DNA from: Verrucomicrobiota bacterium
GTDB lineage: Bacteria > Verrucomicrobiota > Verrucomicrobiia > Limisphaerales > AAA164-E04
Reading direction: 5' to 3'
NCBI GenBank assembly: GCA_047947115.1
Contig: CP170459.1
Span: forward strand, 219,218 to 283,217
DNA: 64,000 nucleotides
Made by a program: the position numbers and the translations under genes. The notes beneath the pieces were generated by a model. It was not told the DNA's origin, did no database searches, and saw only the letters and a program-made list of their open reading frames with translations. The first letter of the stretch is position 1. Each line of letters starts with the position of its first letter. Below are positions 36,054 through 46,413 of this stretch, one piece after another.

Positions 36054-36725
36054 CTACACATCGGCGGGAGTCCAGCCAAGATACACATCGAACCTGGCGG
36101 CCAGTTCACCGATTTTGGAATTCGGGATGGGTTCAAAAGGAATGGTCACGTTTGCCTGTTGTTTCGGATCGGTGATTCGTTTCCAAATACCGTCCTTGGG
36201 ATTTTGTTCATGCCCTTTGATGTAGCATTGCGTGGTCAACAGCTCTTTGCCTTGACGTTTCACCTTGAAGTGGATGTGCGGCGTGCGTCCGGGATAAGGA
36301 ACCGGTTTGATGGTGCGAAACACATACTCGCCGGTTGAACCGGTCAGGAAACGACCGAAACACTGGAAGTTGGTATCGCGTCGTTTCAGGTCGTCGCCAC
36401 TGCCCGAGTGATAATACACACCTTTGGCATCACACTGCCAGATTTCGACCAGGGCGTTGCGGACAGGTTCCCCCCGGCCATCCAGGATACGACCGCTCAA
36501 CCAGGTCACTTCCCCGATACCGGGAGTGGTTTGATCATTGATGATCAACAGATCGTTATCGGTGTCCAAAGGCAGAGTGTCGGGATAAAACGGTCCTTCG
36601 GTTTGCTTGGGTGTGCGAACCAGTTCCTCGGCAAAGAGTCCGGGAACCTGCCAAAGTGCGGCGCCCAGGGCGGTGGTTTTCAAGAATTGGCGGCGAGTGT
36701 GGATGTGAAAGGGTTGTAGATTCAT
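36054..36725 (-). CDS. Intradiol ring-cleavage dioxygenase-like protein (protocatechuate 3,4-dioxygenase beta-like) with TAT signal
   Basis: Motifs are TRRQFLKTTALGAALWQ, TEGPFYPD, GRTPHIHFKV and the GVYYHSG-type block. Confidence 0.75.
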   Translation of the reverse strand: MNLQPFHIHTRRQFLKTTALGAALWQVPGLFAEELVRTPKQTEGPFYPDTLPLDTDNDLLIINDQTTPGIGEVTWLSGRILDGRGEPVRNALVEIWQCDAKGVYYHSGSGDDLKRRDTNFQCFGRFLTGSTGEYVFRTIKPVPYPGRTPHIHFKVKRQGKELLTTQCYIKGHEQNPKDGIWKRITDPKQQANVTIPFEPIPNSKIGELAARFDVYLGWTPADV

Positions 36726-36796
36726 AACGGTTTGTTTCGTGTGAAAAGAGACGATGACTAAGGGTTCAATTAAAAGACAACTTGAATACGCATTTG

Positions 36797-39607
36797 TTAC
36801 AGGTTTTGGTTTGGACCATCTGCTTTCTTGTTCTCGGTCACTTCGGCCGAAAAGGTGATGGATGAAACAGACATCAAATTCGCGCCATCCTCCGCGGCGT
36901 CATTACGGAAGATCAAACAAAGGTCCTTCTTGCCGCTCACTTCGCGAATGGCGATATAGACCGGATCACGACGGAAGCCACCAAAGCCGCGACGTCCCCC
37001 ACCCTGAGGTGGTTCGGGAGCATCCAATGTCGCCGCTCCCAGCAACTCGCCCTTTGGACCGCCCAAACGCACTTCAATCGTGCCGCCGGTGTGATTGCTG
37101 CGCGCCATGACATTGGCCATGAAGTCCAACTGTTTGACTTGTGTCAGATCGATATTCTTGAACACGGCATGCGATCCCTTGGAAACCGTTGCCCCGAACC
37201 GACCGGTCTCGATGCCATCCAACACATCAGCAGCGCTTACTTGAAGCGTGGCGGAGCGCAACAACTCGATGGTCTGCGAGGTCAAGGAAGCAGCCAGATC
37301 ATCCCCGGCATCCTTGTAAACCGCACGCATCAACACGGCACCCGGATCAACCGGACCACGACCGAATCCACCCCGCCCCTGAGGGGCTGCCGGAGCTACA
37401 GGGGTATACGCTCCCACCAGAGCAGGCCCCTGATTTCCATCATCAGCCAAACTTAACACATATTTCAAAATCTGTTTGGCTTCATCTTCCGTGAGGAGCG
37501 CGTTTGGCGGCATGGGCACTTCGCCCCAAACGCCCCGGCCACCGCCCACCACTTTGCCGGCGAGATCGTCCAACGCGTTTTCATCGTCCTTGTATTTGGC
37601 GGCGATTTCCTTGAATGCAGGTCCCACCAATTTCGCATCCACCAGGTGACAGGATCTGCAATTGGCTTTGGCGATGATGGATTGTGCCACCGGGAAACGA
37701 GAGGTGGCGGCGTCATCCAAGGGCATTTGCCTCAGGGACTCCACATCGAAGTTGGAATCCACCTGATCGATGCTGAAGGTGATTTTCTCCGCATCAATGT
37801 CACCCTTTGAAAACGTGCCGTCTTCCGCATCCACGACTTCCACCGCATACTCCACAGGAGCGCCGGGAAAGAAGAAAGAGCGGTTGCCCTTGAACTGAAT
37901 GGACACTTTGGGAGGTTCGTTTCCGGACACGATCGGCAGGGAAACCGAATCACTCGCCCCCGAAGGATCCGTCACCGTCAGACGCGCGTTGTAAGTGCCA
38001 ATGGATGTCAGGGTAACCGTAGGATTCGGTTCCTCCTTGACTTGAACATTGCCGCCGGCATCGACGATTTCCCAGCGATAGCTGAGATCATCGTTGTCGT
38101 AATCTTCCGTTCCGGCAGATGAAAGCGAAACCTCAAAGGGAGGCACACCGCCTTTTTTATCGCTCTTGGCCACGACGATGGGTTGACGGTTGCCGCCTTC
38201 AAAAGCGATGCGAACCAGCCTGGCCTCCTGACTGTACTGGAACCAGCGACCACCATATTCCAACACATACAAATCCCCGTTGGGTCCAAACTTGATATCA
38301 ATCGGTTCCACGGGACGGTAATCAGGAAGAAATCGTTCCAACGATTTGAAATCACCATTGTCCTCCATCGAAATCACAAACAAGGCCCGACGGGAAAACT
38401 CGGCTACGATCCACTTTCCTTCGAAATAAGCCGGCCAGGGACGCTCGGCATTCGGAAAGTCGCCACGATGATAGATGGGGCCACCTGTAGCGGAACGACC
38501 TCCGGTGCCGAGTGCCGGGAATTCGGGGGATTCGTCATATGGATAATACACGAACGAGGGAGCCAAATGAGGCAACTCGACGAGTCCGGTATTATTGGGA
38601 GAAAGATTGGTGGGAGCTTTGGGATCCTTCTTCTTCCCCGGAGTGTTGGTTTCGTAGTCCATGACCGGATAAGCAAAATCCCCCACGAAATAAGGCCAGC
38701 CAAAGAAACCGGGTTCGCGTGCCTGATTGAACTCGTCGTATCCTTTGGGCCCGATTTCACTGTGTTGTCGCGCATCCGGCCCGACCTCTCCCCAGTAAAG
38801 CCAGCCTGTTTCGCTGTCAACCGCAACGCGCCAGGCGTTACGATGCCCCATGGTGTAGATCTCCGGGCGCGTGTTGGGCATGGTCAGGGGAAAGAGGTTT
38901 CCCGAAGGGATCGAGTAGGAACCATCCGGCTCGGGATGAATACGCAGGATCTTTCCTTCAAGACTGTTGGTGTTGGCGGCGCCTCGCTGGTCGTCCCAAC
39001 TGCTTCTACCCGGACGCTCGTCGGTGTGTGCAGCCTGATTATTGCCAGTGTTGTTTCCGATGGTGATATACAGATTGCCGGCGGCATCCCAGGCCATTCC
39101 ACCACCTGTATGACAGCAGGTCTCGCGTTGGGCGGGAAATTCGAGCATCACGATCTCGGAATTGGCGACCAGCGTATTATTGAAGATCTCCCACCGGCTG
39201 ATCACCGCCTTGGCATCAACCGGATCGTGGTAGTAGAGATACATCCAACCATTCTCCTCAAAATTGGGATCAAGGGTCATCCCTGCCAAACCCTGTTCAT
39301 TGTTGCCGGTGGAGTTGACATACAACTGACCGACGGATTTGACACTGGCGTCCACGGGATCAAAAAGCTTCACGGCACCACGTCGTTCGATGATGAACAC
39401 TCGGCCGTCCTCCAACACCTCAAACGACATGGGCTCATTGAGCGTGCCTTCCGTCACCACAACGGGTGTGAAACGATTGTCGTCCGGTTTCAGGAGGGGG
39501 TCGGTCTCAAAAGCATTGGGATCGGCAGCTTGAAGACCAACCAGTGACACACCGGCGGCAAGAACGCAACCCAGCAGGTTGCCCAATATGGATTTGATCG
39601 TATACAT
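36797..39607 (-). CDS. Multidomain secreted protein: PQQ-dependent sugar (glucose/sorbosone) dehydrogenase-like propeller + PKD domain(s) + c-type cytochrome + C-terminal carbohydrate-binding-like domain
   Basis: Motifs are GLAGMTLDPNFEENGWMYLYY and HTGGGMAWDAAGNLYI. The PKD-like block is YRWEIVDAGGN...TYNARLTVTDPSGASDS. The heme motif is CRSCH with downstream GVWGEVPMPPN. Confidence 0.75.
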   Translation of the reverse strand: MYTIKSILGNLLGCVLAAGVSLVGLQAADPNAFETDPLLKPDDNRFTPVVVTEGTLNEPMSFEVLEDGRVFIIERRGAVKLFDPVDASVKSVGQLYVNSTGNNEQGLAGMTLDPNFEENGWMYLYYHDPVDAKAVISRWEIFNNTLVANSEIVMLEFPAQRETCCHTGGGMAWDAAGNLYITIGNNTGNNQAAHTDERPGRSSWDDQRGAANTNSLEGKILRIHPEPDGSYSIPSGNLFPLTMPNTRPEIYTMGHRNAWRVAVDSETGWLYWGEVGPDARQHSEIGPKGYDEFNQAREPGFFGWPYFVGDFAYPVMDYETNTPGKKKDPKAPTNLSPNNTGLVELPHLAPSFVYYPYDESPEFPALGTGGRSATGGPIYHRGDFPNAERPWPAYFEGKWIVAEFSRRALFVISMEDNGDFKSLERFLPDYRPVEPIDIKFGPNGDLYVLEYGGRWFQYSQEARLVRIAFEGGNRQPIVVAKSDKKGGVPPFEVSLSSAGTEDYDNDDLSYRWEIVDAGGNVQVKEEPNPTVTLTSIGTYNARLTVTDPSGASDSVSLPIVSGNEPPKVSIQFKGNRSFFFPGAPVEYAVEVVDAEDGTFSKGDIDAEKITFSIDQVDSNFDVESLRQMPLDDAATSRFPVAQSIIAKANCRSCHLVDAKLVGPAFKEIAAKYKDDENALDDLAGKVVGGGRGVWGEVPMPPNALLTEDEAKQILKYVLSLADDGNQGPALVGAYTPVAPAAPQGRGGFGRGPVDPGAVLMRAVYKDAGDDLAASLTSQTIELLRSATLQVSAADVLDGIETGRFGATVSKGSHAVFKNIDLTQVKQLDFMANVMARSNHTGGTIEVRLGGPKGELLGAATLDAPEPPQGGGRRGFGGFRRDPVYIAIREVSGKKDLCLIFRNDAAEDGANLMSVSSITFSAEVTENKKADGPNQNL

Positions 39608-39832
39608 GTCGTTCGAACTGTGTTACGTGAGTCTGAATGGATAACATGAAAACGCGTTTCAAGACAAGAAACGATCCCATGAGACCATCACCTACTCGAC
39701 GATAAAACTGGAACTCGACAAGATGGACCGAAAAACGGAACAACTGGTTACATCATATTTCCCATCGGAATGCATTCTATCGACAGAAGCACAAGAATCC
39801 TATTTTGCAAATTCTTGCCCTGCTGAGGAATA

Positions 39833-41164
39833 TCAGGATGAAACCGGGTCTTCCAGCTGGCGCTGAGGATTGTCCGCCCAGAAACTGAGCAGCGCAAACA
39901 GGGCGGGCACGAAGATGCTGATAAACAGAACCGGGCGATAAGATCCCGTCCACTGTTCAGACCAACCAAAAAGGAGCGGCCCCAACCCGCTGGCGATGAC
40001 CATGGTGGACATGTTGACTCCGCTGATGGATCCGAGCCAAAGCCTGCCGAAAAACCTGGGCCAGATGATGCCTGACAAACTGACGAAACCACCCCCGGCG
40101 ATACCATTGCCGATGACATATGCAGCCACCCCCCAATCGTTCGTCAATTGATACAGCCCCGCCACACCTGCCAAACCGCCCAAATTCATCAGCACCAATA
40201 AATACTTCAATCGAAGCCTGGCATTGATCCAACCAAAACTCAGGTTCGTGGTAATACTGACCAACGCCATCGGAACAAACAGAGTCAAGATGCGTTCACG
40301 ATCAAAACCAAACGCCTCCCCCATTGACAAAATATGAAAAGTGAACGCGGTTGCGAATAGTGCATAAAAGGCAAAGGACAAATTGAACACCCAGAAGGAA
40401 AACGTCTTGAGCGTTTCATTGAGCGTAAAATCGTGATGAATGTGCATGTCACGGTTGACCGATCCGGTGCGTTTCACCGAGCCCCCATCCATCACCAACC
40501 CGCAATCCTCTGGACGATCCCGAAACACCGCCCAGGCAACCGGCACCATCACCACGATTGTCAGCAAACCAATCACGCGCCAGGCGCCGTCGTGACCGTA
40601 GCGTTCGACCAGATCATTCAACCACCGTGGCGCCACTGAAAATCCAAACGAAACAAACACACCACTCACGGCGAGCGCCATGCCACGTTTGACATCAAAC
40701 CACTTCCCAATGACATTGCGGCAAGTCATGGAAAGCACACCCTGAGCGGACACACGAATCAGATAAAACCCAATCCCAATGCAAACAAAAGCACAAGCCG
40801 TATGCCAGGATGCCGGAAGCAATACGGAAATGGTTCGATTCAGCGAAGTGACCAGACTGAGGTAAAACAACACCAAGCCGGTTGCCAGAGCGGAAGCAAT
40901 CGTCATGCGACGTTCTCCCCATCGATCCACCAAGCGGCCCATACGAGGCAAAGTCAAACCACTGGCAACCGTCCCGACACAATAAGCCAGACTCAAGGTG
41001 ACACGGGACAATCCCAATTTCTCCATGAGGATATCCGTGAACACACTGAACCCCATGGTCTGCCCCGGAATGGTAAACAAAGTCCCCAAGGTGGCTCCAA
41101 ACACAATGATCCAGCCATAAAAAAAGGAAAACCGCCCCGGGTCCCAGGGCATGTTCGTCGCCAA
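39833..41164 (-). CDS. MFS transporter
   Basis: It is a 12-TM-like hydrophobic protein with the loop motif LPRMGRLVDRWGERRM. Confidence 0.75.
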   Translation of the reverse strand: MATNMPWDPGRFSFFYGWIIVFGATLGTLFTIPGQTMGFSVFTDILMEKLGLSRVTLSLAYCVGTVASGLTLPRMGRLVDRWGERRMTIASALATGLVLFYLSLVTSLNRTISVLLPASWHTACAFVCIGIGFYLIRVSAQGVLSMTCRNVIGKWFDVKRGMALAVSGVFVSFGFSVAPRWLNDLVERYGHDGAWRVIGLLTIVVMVPVAWAVFRDRPEDCGLVMDGGSVKRTGSVNRDMHIHHDFTLNETLKTFSFWVFNLSFAFYALFATAFTFHILSMGEAFGFDRERILTLFVPMALVSITTNLSFGWINARLRLKYLLVLMNLGGLAGVAGLYQLTNDWGVAAYVIGNGIAGGGFVSLSGIIWPRFFGRLWLGSISGVNMSTMVIASGLGPLLFGWSEQWTGSYRPVLFISIFVPALFALLSFWADNPQRQLEDPVSS

Positions 41165-41257
41165 CCAGGATCGCCGCGCATTTGATTCGGAAGATGATTC
41201 AGTCGTTTTCAGAGCGGAGAACTTCTCAGTTTTCCATGGATAAACAAGGGGATTCGT

Positions 41258-41530
41258 TTAAAAGAATAGATCACTGTGAGTTCCGGTCCGTTCCAATCTC
41301 AGCAGGTCTTCATCGACTTCAATGGTATAAATGAGCAACCAGTCCGGTTCAATGTGGCACTCTCGCGAACCTTTCTAATCCCCTATGAGAGCATGATCCC
41401 GATGCTTGGGATGAAGAGGCTCGCTTCTGGCCAATGAGGAAACAATCATTTTGATTTTCCCCAAATCTTTCCCTCTTTTTACCGCTCTCTTCAGGTCTTT
41501 GGAAAACCTTTTGGTTTGTTGAAGGCGCAT
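41258..41530 (-). pseudogene. yafQ: YafQ-family (RelE-fold) toxin gene with an in-frame amber codon at the conserved Trp
   Basis: The translation is MRLQQTKRFSKDLKRAVKRGKDL...HRDHALIGD*KGSRECHIEPDWLLIY...LERTGTHSDLFF. The stop (TAG at 41375-41377) aligns with the W of E. coli YafQ DHPLQGSWKGYRDAHVEPDWILIY (recalled). The ATG overlaps the relB stop (TGATG). Confidence 0.8.
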
Positions 41531-41790
41531 CAGTGCTCCCAACTTGCAAACATATCATCAAGTGAGTTGAATTCTTCAATATCCTTCCCCTCACGACTAT
41601 CCTCCAGGACTCGCCGGGTCTCCGCATTAGGAATTTTGAGAGGAAAGGGCAAACCTTTGTGAAGACTGACCTGCGTATAAAAAAGCCTGATGGCTTCGGT
41701 TGGCGACATGCCCAGTTTTCCGAACACGGCTTCGGCTTTCTTCTTCACGCTCGGCTCAATACGCGCATGCACCACGGCTGATTTACTCAT
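41530..41790 (-). CDS. RelB/DinJ-family antitoxin
   Basis: The sequence AVVHARIEPSVKKKAEAVFGKLGMSPTEAIRLFYTQVSLHKGLPFPLKIPN is typical of DinJ/RelB. Confidence 0.85.
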   Translation of the reverse strand: MSKSAVVHARIEPSVKKKAEAVFGKLGMSPTEAIRLFYTQVSLHKGLPFPLKIPNAETRRVLEDSREGKDIEEFNSLDDMFASWEH

Positions 41791-41916
41791 GCACTTTACG
41801 TATCACATATGCAACACACGGTCAAGATCGAGAAGATGGGATTTGGAATAGAAGGAATCCCTTTCAGTAATTGTCCTGACCATTTAATTTGAATAACGAA
41901 CCATCATAGGAAGTCT

Positions 41917-42717
41917 ATGTTGTTTCCAAATCAAACACATATGATTTTCGGCAATCATTCCAATCTGAAAAAAATTGGATGGACGACAGGTTTCTTCGTG
42001 TTGTGCGTCGGCCTCTATCTGTCGTTACGCACCCAAGCCCCGCTTTTCGAAGGCCATACCATGGAATGGTGGCTGAATGATTTTTCTCAGACAAGTTTTC
42101 GATCAGGACCTCACGTAACCGAACGCCAAAAAAAGGCCATCGAAGCATTTCACCATTTTGGAAAACAGGGACTTGAGTTTCTGTTGGATGAAATGAGCAT
42201 GCCTCGCGGTTTTATATCTCGCTACAAAATCAAGCTGACGAAAAAACTACGCCAAGCAAGCTGGGGAAAGTTTTTAGGCTTCAAACAGCGAGCTTCACGG
42301 GGCGAACAAGCGGGATTTCTGTTTCGTCATCTGGAATTTCCGCTGGAGCGGACCGAAGTCCAGTTGAATCAATTGAACTCAGCCGACTACTACGAGATGT
42401 ACTACGCACCGGTGGTCTTACGCCAAGCAACCAACCACCAGGCTGATATAATTCGCTCAATGGGCCCCTTTTTGAATCACACTAATGCCTCGTGGACAAG
42501 CCTGGCGGCAGGAACCATTGCCAAGCTTTACCAAAAAACCGATACGGTCCAGGAATTGGCCGACTACCTGCCCGGAATGCCCCCCATAAGGGACACAACA
42601 GCACTGATGACCATTCTCGAAACTTTATCTGCGAAAATCTGCGACTTCTCGAAGATCTCAAGTCTGCGCATACCCGTCAGATTAATGAATTTTTCATTGA
42701 TTCTTTTAAGATACTAA
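41917..42717 (+). CDS. Hypothetical membrane-anchored protein
   Basis: It has a single N-terminal TM segment (GWTTGFFVLCVGLYLSL) and lies in a lower-GC stretch. I recognise no family. Confidence 0.45.
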   Translation: MLFPNQTHMIFGNHSNLKKIGWTTGFFVLCVGLYLSLRTQAPLFEGHTMEWWLNDFSQTSFRSGPHVTERQKKAIEAFHHFGKQGLEFLLDEMSMPRGFISRYKIKLTKKLRQASWGKFLGFKQRASRGEQAGFLFRHLEFPLERTEVQLNQLNSADYYEMYYAPVVLRQATNHQADIIRSMGPFLNHTNASWTSLAAGTIAKLYQKTDTVQELADYLPGMPPIRDTTALMTILETLSAKICDFSKISSLRIPVRLMNFSLILLRY

Positions 42718-43157
42718 TACGCTTTCAATGTTTATGTTACGCTACCTTTATCCATTCATTGTCACCCACTGCTTCGCGTCTTTGCGCCTCCGCGCCTTTG
42801 CTATAAAAACAGGCAATCATTGAAAACTTCGTGACCTACAAAAAGGTTCAGTGGAAGATTCGCTAACGTGTAAAAGAACCGTACTGAAATTGATTCCCAA
42901 ATGATGAATCCGTCTCCCTCAATCCGGATGAGCGCCAAGGCGCAAAGAATTCTGTGGACCACGCTCTTTAGGAAAACCTTGGTAAATGTGTCATTGCAAC
43001 TGATAAAACAGTCATTTCAAACCTGTCTTCGTGTCATTCACGGCTTCGTGGTAAAAATGAAAACCTACCTTTCAGATCCAAAACGGGTTGTACAACCGCG
43101 TGGCGCTATCCTGACGTGCATGCGCGTCTGCGGTGGTGCGGATAAAAAACAAACATC

Positions 43158-44663
43158 TCACAAGCCCGACGGCTCCGGCCAAAGCAACTCTTTCTCCACC
43201 GGCGCCACACCCTTTGGTAGCGTTTTTTCCATCATGTAGTAGACCTCCACGTTGTGGATCGGCGGATCACCAGGATGCTTTTCTTGCCAAGTGGATTTGA
43301 AATGATCAACGACCCGCTCCCATAATCCGGATTGTCCCGAAAGATCATAAAGCATCATCATGTATTCCTTCCAGCGATCACTCGGGAAAGTTTTCAGCAC
43401 ATCTTCAGGTTTTTCCCACAAGGAAGATCGCTCCGGATCCAGCAGATCAAACCGGGAACCATCCTCGCGTTCCGCCAGCATCACATACCAACCGTCGTGA
43501 ACCATGGGGTTCGGGGAAAACATGCCCCAATACTGATCCATACGCAGCAAACTGACCACCTGGGCCGCCCAGTTTGGCATGCGACTTTTCAGTGTATCGG
43601 GATAATCCCAGGTCATCCATACGTTCCAAACCAGCATGAACACCAGCATCCAGGCAACGAGACGTTCCTTCAGGGCGGTGGAACATGTCTCGCGTTTCAA
43701 AAGGACCGGACCACGTCCAAAACCAAACCAAGTCCAGACATGCCCCGGCACATGCGGCAACAATGCCAAGGTCGAAATGAAAGGAAACAATCCGATATCC
43801 AAGGTCAGCCAGAATGAAAACTGCAACACCAACAACAGACCCATACCGATCAATCGCAACAAGGTTCCGCGGGCGAGCAACAACAAGGGAGCCACCCCCT
43901 CCACCAACAAGGTCAACCACGTCAGGTAACGAAGTATGGAGTCCGGCAATGATTTCAACCAGACAGCCGCAGGCAACGCAAACTGATCGATCTCCAACGC
44001 ATCATGCAAAGCCGATCCATCCAGCCAGGTATCTCCATGCTTGCGCAACACCGAGAACAAATACATGACACACACCTGCAGCCGAAGCCCCCACCCGGCC
44101 CAGCTACTCAGCGCCATTGAGTCGGATCCATTGCCCACATCGCTTTTCTTCCCACAAGCGAACCTTGCCCCCATTGGCAGAAAGCAGGACCATAGCAGCA
44201 TGAGAAAAAGCAGTTTATCGCCCCCGTAATTGGTCCAGGGATTACGCGCCTGTATGGAGTGCAAAAAAATCAAGGCAACACAAGACATCCATCTCGCACG
44301 CCACCCAGCAGCCAGCAAGAAGGAAGCAACGACCCCCACCCCACAACAAGCCCGGATCCATTCGACACGATCGGAGATTACGCATACCGACCAAAACCAG
44401 GGCCAGGATTGCTGGGGCAAGTGCCGGAGGGTTTCCAAGGGGAGGACGCCTTCCGCCGAATACAGAGAAGAAGCCTGCAGCATGCGGAGCGAGAAATCCA
44501 CCATGAGCAACAAACCCAGACACATCCTGAAAACAGCAAGCGAACGCAGATCCACCGCCAGATGCTGATCCAGTCGGTGGTGAATTCGTTTCAATGAAAT
44601 GAAATGCATTCGGTTCATGCTGATGTCTGCCCCCCTCAAGCAAAACCGCAGACCATCTGCCAT
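43158..44663 (-). CDS. HTTM-domain (vitamin-K-dependent gamma-carboxylase-like / SdpB-like) polytopic membrane protein
   Basis: The N-terminal DLRSLAVFRMCLGLLLMVDF is followed by multiple TM segments. The C-terminal block is DQYWGMFSPNP...DGWYV. The start is uncertain (44663 or 44618). Confidence 0.7.
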   Translation of the reverse strand: MADGLRFCLRGADISMNRMHFISLKRIHHRLDQHLAVDLRSLAVFRMCLGLLLMVDFSLRMLQASSLYSAEGVLPLETLRHLPQQSWPWFWSVCVISDRVEWIRACCGVGVVASFLLAAGWRARWMSCVALIFLHSIQARNPWTNYGGDKLLFLMLLWSCFLPMGARFACGKKSDVGNGSDSMALSSWAGWGLRLQVCVMYLFSVLRKHGDTWLDGSALHDALEIDQFALPAAVWLKSLPDSILRYLTWLTLLVEGVAPLLLLARGTLLRLIGMGLLLVLQFSFWLTLDIGLFPFISTLALLPHVPGHVWTWFGFGRGPVLLKRETCSTALKERLVAWMLVFMLVWNVWMTWDYPDTLKSRMPNWAAQVVSLLRMDQYWGMFSPNPMVHDGWYVMLAEREDGSRFDLLDPERSSLWEKPEDVLKTFPSDRWKEYMMMLYDLSGQSGLWERVVDHFKSTWQEKHPGDPPIHNVEVYYMMEKTLPKGVAPVEKELLWPEPSGL

Positions 44664-44789
44664 GGATGACCTGCACTTGCTTTCCGGGCAAGGCGTATGA
44701 AACCACAGAGGGAGCAGAGATCACAGAGTAAATTCCTCATCATTCAAGCCTGTCTTGATTTTATCCGGATCAACCCTTAGAACATCCTC

Positions 44790-46358
44790 GTGAGCAATAA
44801 GAAATCCGATTCCGACAACCAGGGTATGGCGGCCAAATTGGTGCCTTTCCTTTATCTGACTGCGGCCATCAACGGCGGAGTGATCCTGATCGTCGAGATC
44901 CTGGGAGCCAAGATGCTGTCGCCCTATTTCGGCACTTCGCATTTTGTATGGACCGCACAAATCGCGGCCACTTTGATTTCCCTGGCATTCGGATATTACT
45001 ACGGCGGCCGAATGGCGGATCGCAAACCACACCTGGCTCGTTTGTTTTACGCCATGCTTTTTGCATCCATTTACCTGGCCATCGCTACGTTGGCCCTCGA
45101 GCCCGTCGCTTACTTCTTTCTCAAGTTCAAACTGGCGATGGGATCGCTGCTGATGGCGCTATTCCTGTTCTTTCCCCCATTAACGCTGTTGGCCATCACC
45201 ATTCCCTTCCTGGCAAGGATCACCACACAAACCACCCAGACCATCGGGGTCCAGGTAGGCCGATTGTCTGCCATCAGCACCTTCGGAAGTGTGGTGGGGA
45301 CCGTGTTGATCAGTTATGTCCTGATCCCCCACCTCCCGAACACCTACACCATGCTCATGGTGGTAGGCCTCGAAATCGTCCTGGTTGTCCTTTACTTCCT
45401 GATGTTTGAAAAGGGATTCAAAAAGGCCCCCGGAGTTCTCCCCGGAATTGCGGCCGGAATATTACTTTCCATGGTGGCTGGAAGAGTGGAATCGGTGAAA
45501 AGCTCGGGGTTCGGCAAAGAACTGTTCCGCAAGAATTCCAATTTCGGACTGATGCAAGTCGTGGATTCCGATGCGGGAGATGTGCGGTATTACCTCAACG
45601 ATTTTCTGACCCAAAACATCCACGATCCCAAAGCAGACAAAAGCCTGACGGTCTTTACCTACATGTTGCACGGACTGACACACGCCTATCACGCCGCTCC
45701 GGAGAAAGTGCTGTGTATTGGTCTGGGAGTCGGCATCGTCCCCATGCAACTGGCCAATGAGGGCAGTGATGTGGAAGTGGTGGAGATCAATCCGGGTGTG
45801 GTCGAAATCGGAGAACAATTTTTCGGATTGGATCCAAGCAAACTGGACCTGCATATCGGTGACGGTCGCTATTTTCTGAACGCTTCGGAAGAACTCTACG
45901 ACGTGGTGGTGCTCGATGCTTTCCTGGGGGATTCCTCACCTTCCCACCTGATGAGCCGCGAATGCTTCGAAAGCATGGCCAAACGCATGAAGGAAGACTC
46001 CATTCTGGTCATCAATGCCTTCGGACATTTCGACCCGGGAGAGGATTTTTTCATGGCCTCGCTGGACAAGACCCTTCAATCGGTATTCGGCACGGTGCAC
46101 ATTCATGACGGCACACGCGGCAATGTTTTCTTTGTCGCTTCCAGGAAGGAAAATCTTAGGCCGCATCAAGCCATGGACATGACCGATGTGCATCCCAGAA
46201 TCCTGGCTTTCGTTGAAACAGCCTGGAAAAACAAGATGGAATCCAATCCAGAAAGCGGCATCATTCTCACGGACGATTACAATCCGGTGGAATACTATGA
46301 CGCAAACACACGTGAAGAAATCCGCCTGAACTTCGCCCTCAACATGCGAGGCAAGTAG
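44790..46358 (+). CDS. Fused multi-TM domain / spermidine synthase-like methyltransferase-fold protein
   Basis: Seven to eight N-terminal TM helices (LGAKMLSPYFGTSHFVWTAQI) are followed by VLCIGLGVGIVPMQL, VEVVEINPGVVEIG and YDVVVLDAF. Confidence 0.75.
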   Translation: MSNKKSDSDNQGMAAKLVPFLYLTAAINGGVILIVEILGAKMLSPYFGTSHFVWTAQIAATLISLAFGYYYGGRMADRKPHLARLFYAMLFASIYLAIATLALEPVAYFFLKFKLAMGSLLMALFLFFPPLTLLAITIPFLARITTQTTQTIGVQVGRLSAISTFGSVVGTVLISYVLIPHLPNTYTMLMVVGLEIVLVVLYFLMFEKGFKKAPGVLPGIAAGILLSMVAGRVESVKSSGFGKELFRKNSNFGLMQVVDSDAGDVRYYLNDFLTQNIHDPKADKSLTVFTYMLHGLTHAYHAAPEKVLCIGLGVGIVPMQLANEGSDVEVVEINPGVVEIGEQFFGLDPSKLDLHIGDGRYFLNASEELYDVVVLDAFLGDSSPSHLMSRECFESMAKRMKEDSILVINAFGHFDPGEDFFMASLDKTLQSVFGTVHIHDGTRGNVFFVASRKENLRPHQAMDMTDVHPRILAFVETAWKNKMESNPESGIILTDDYNPVEYYDANTREEIRLNFALNMRGK

Positions 46359-46413
46359 TCCTGCGCAAAGTGTGCTGAATCAGGCACGATGATCGCCTCG
46401 CCAGGCGTGAATC

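Noticed and set aside
42901-43239. A 112-aa ORF in the 440-bp gap after the hypothetical gene, and an 11-bp inverted repeat (TCTTTGCGCCT at about 42778 / AGGCGCAAAGA at about 42944).
   Set aside because: The ORF overlaps the 3' end of the HTTM gene and has no motifs. The inverted repeat is short and its arms are 165 bp apart. This is insufficient to call an element or an RNA.
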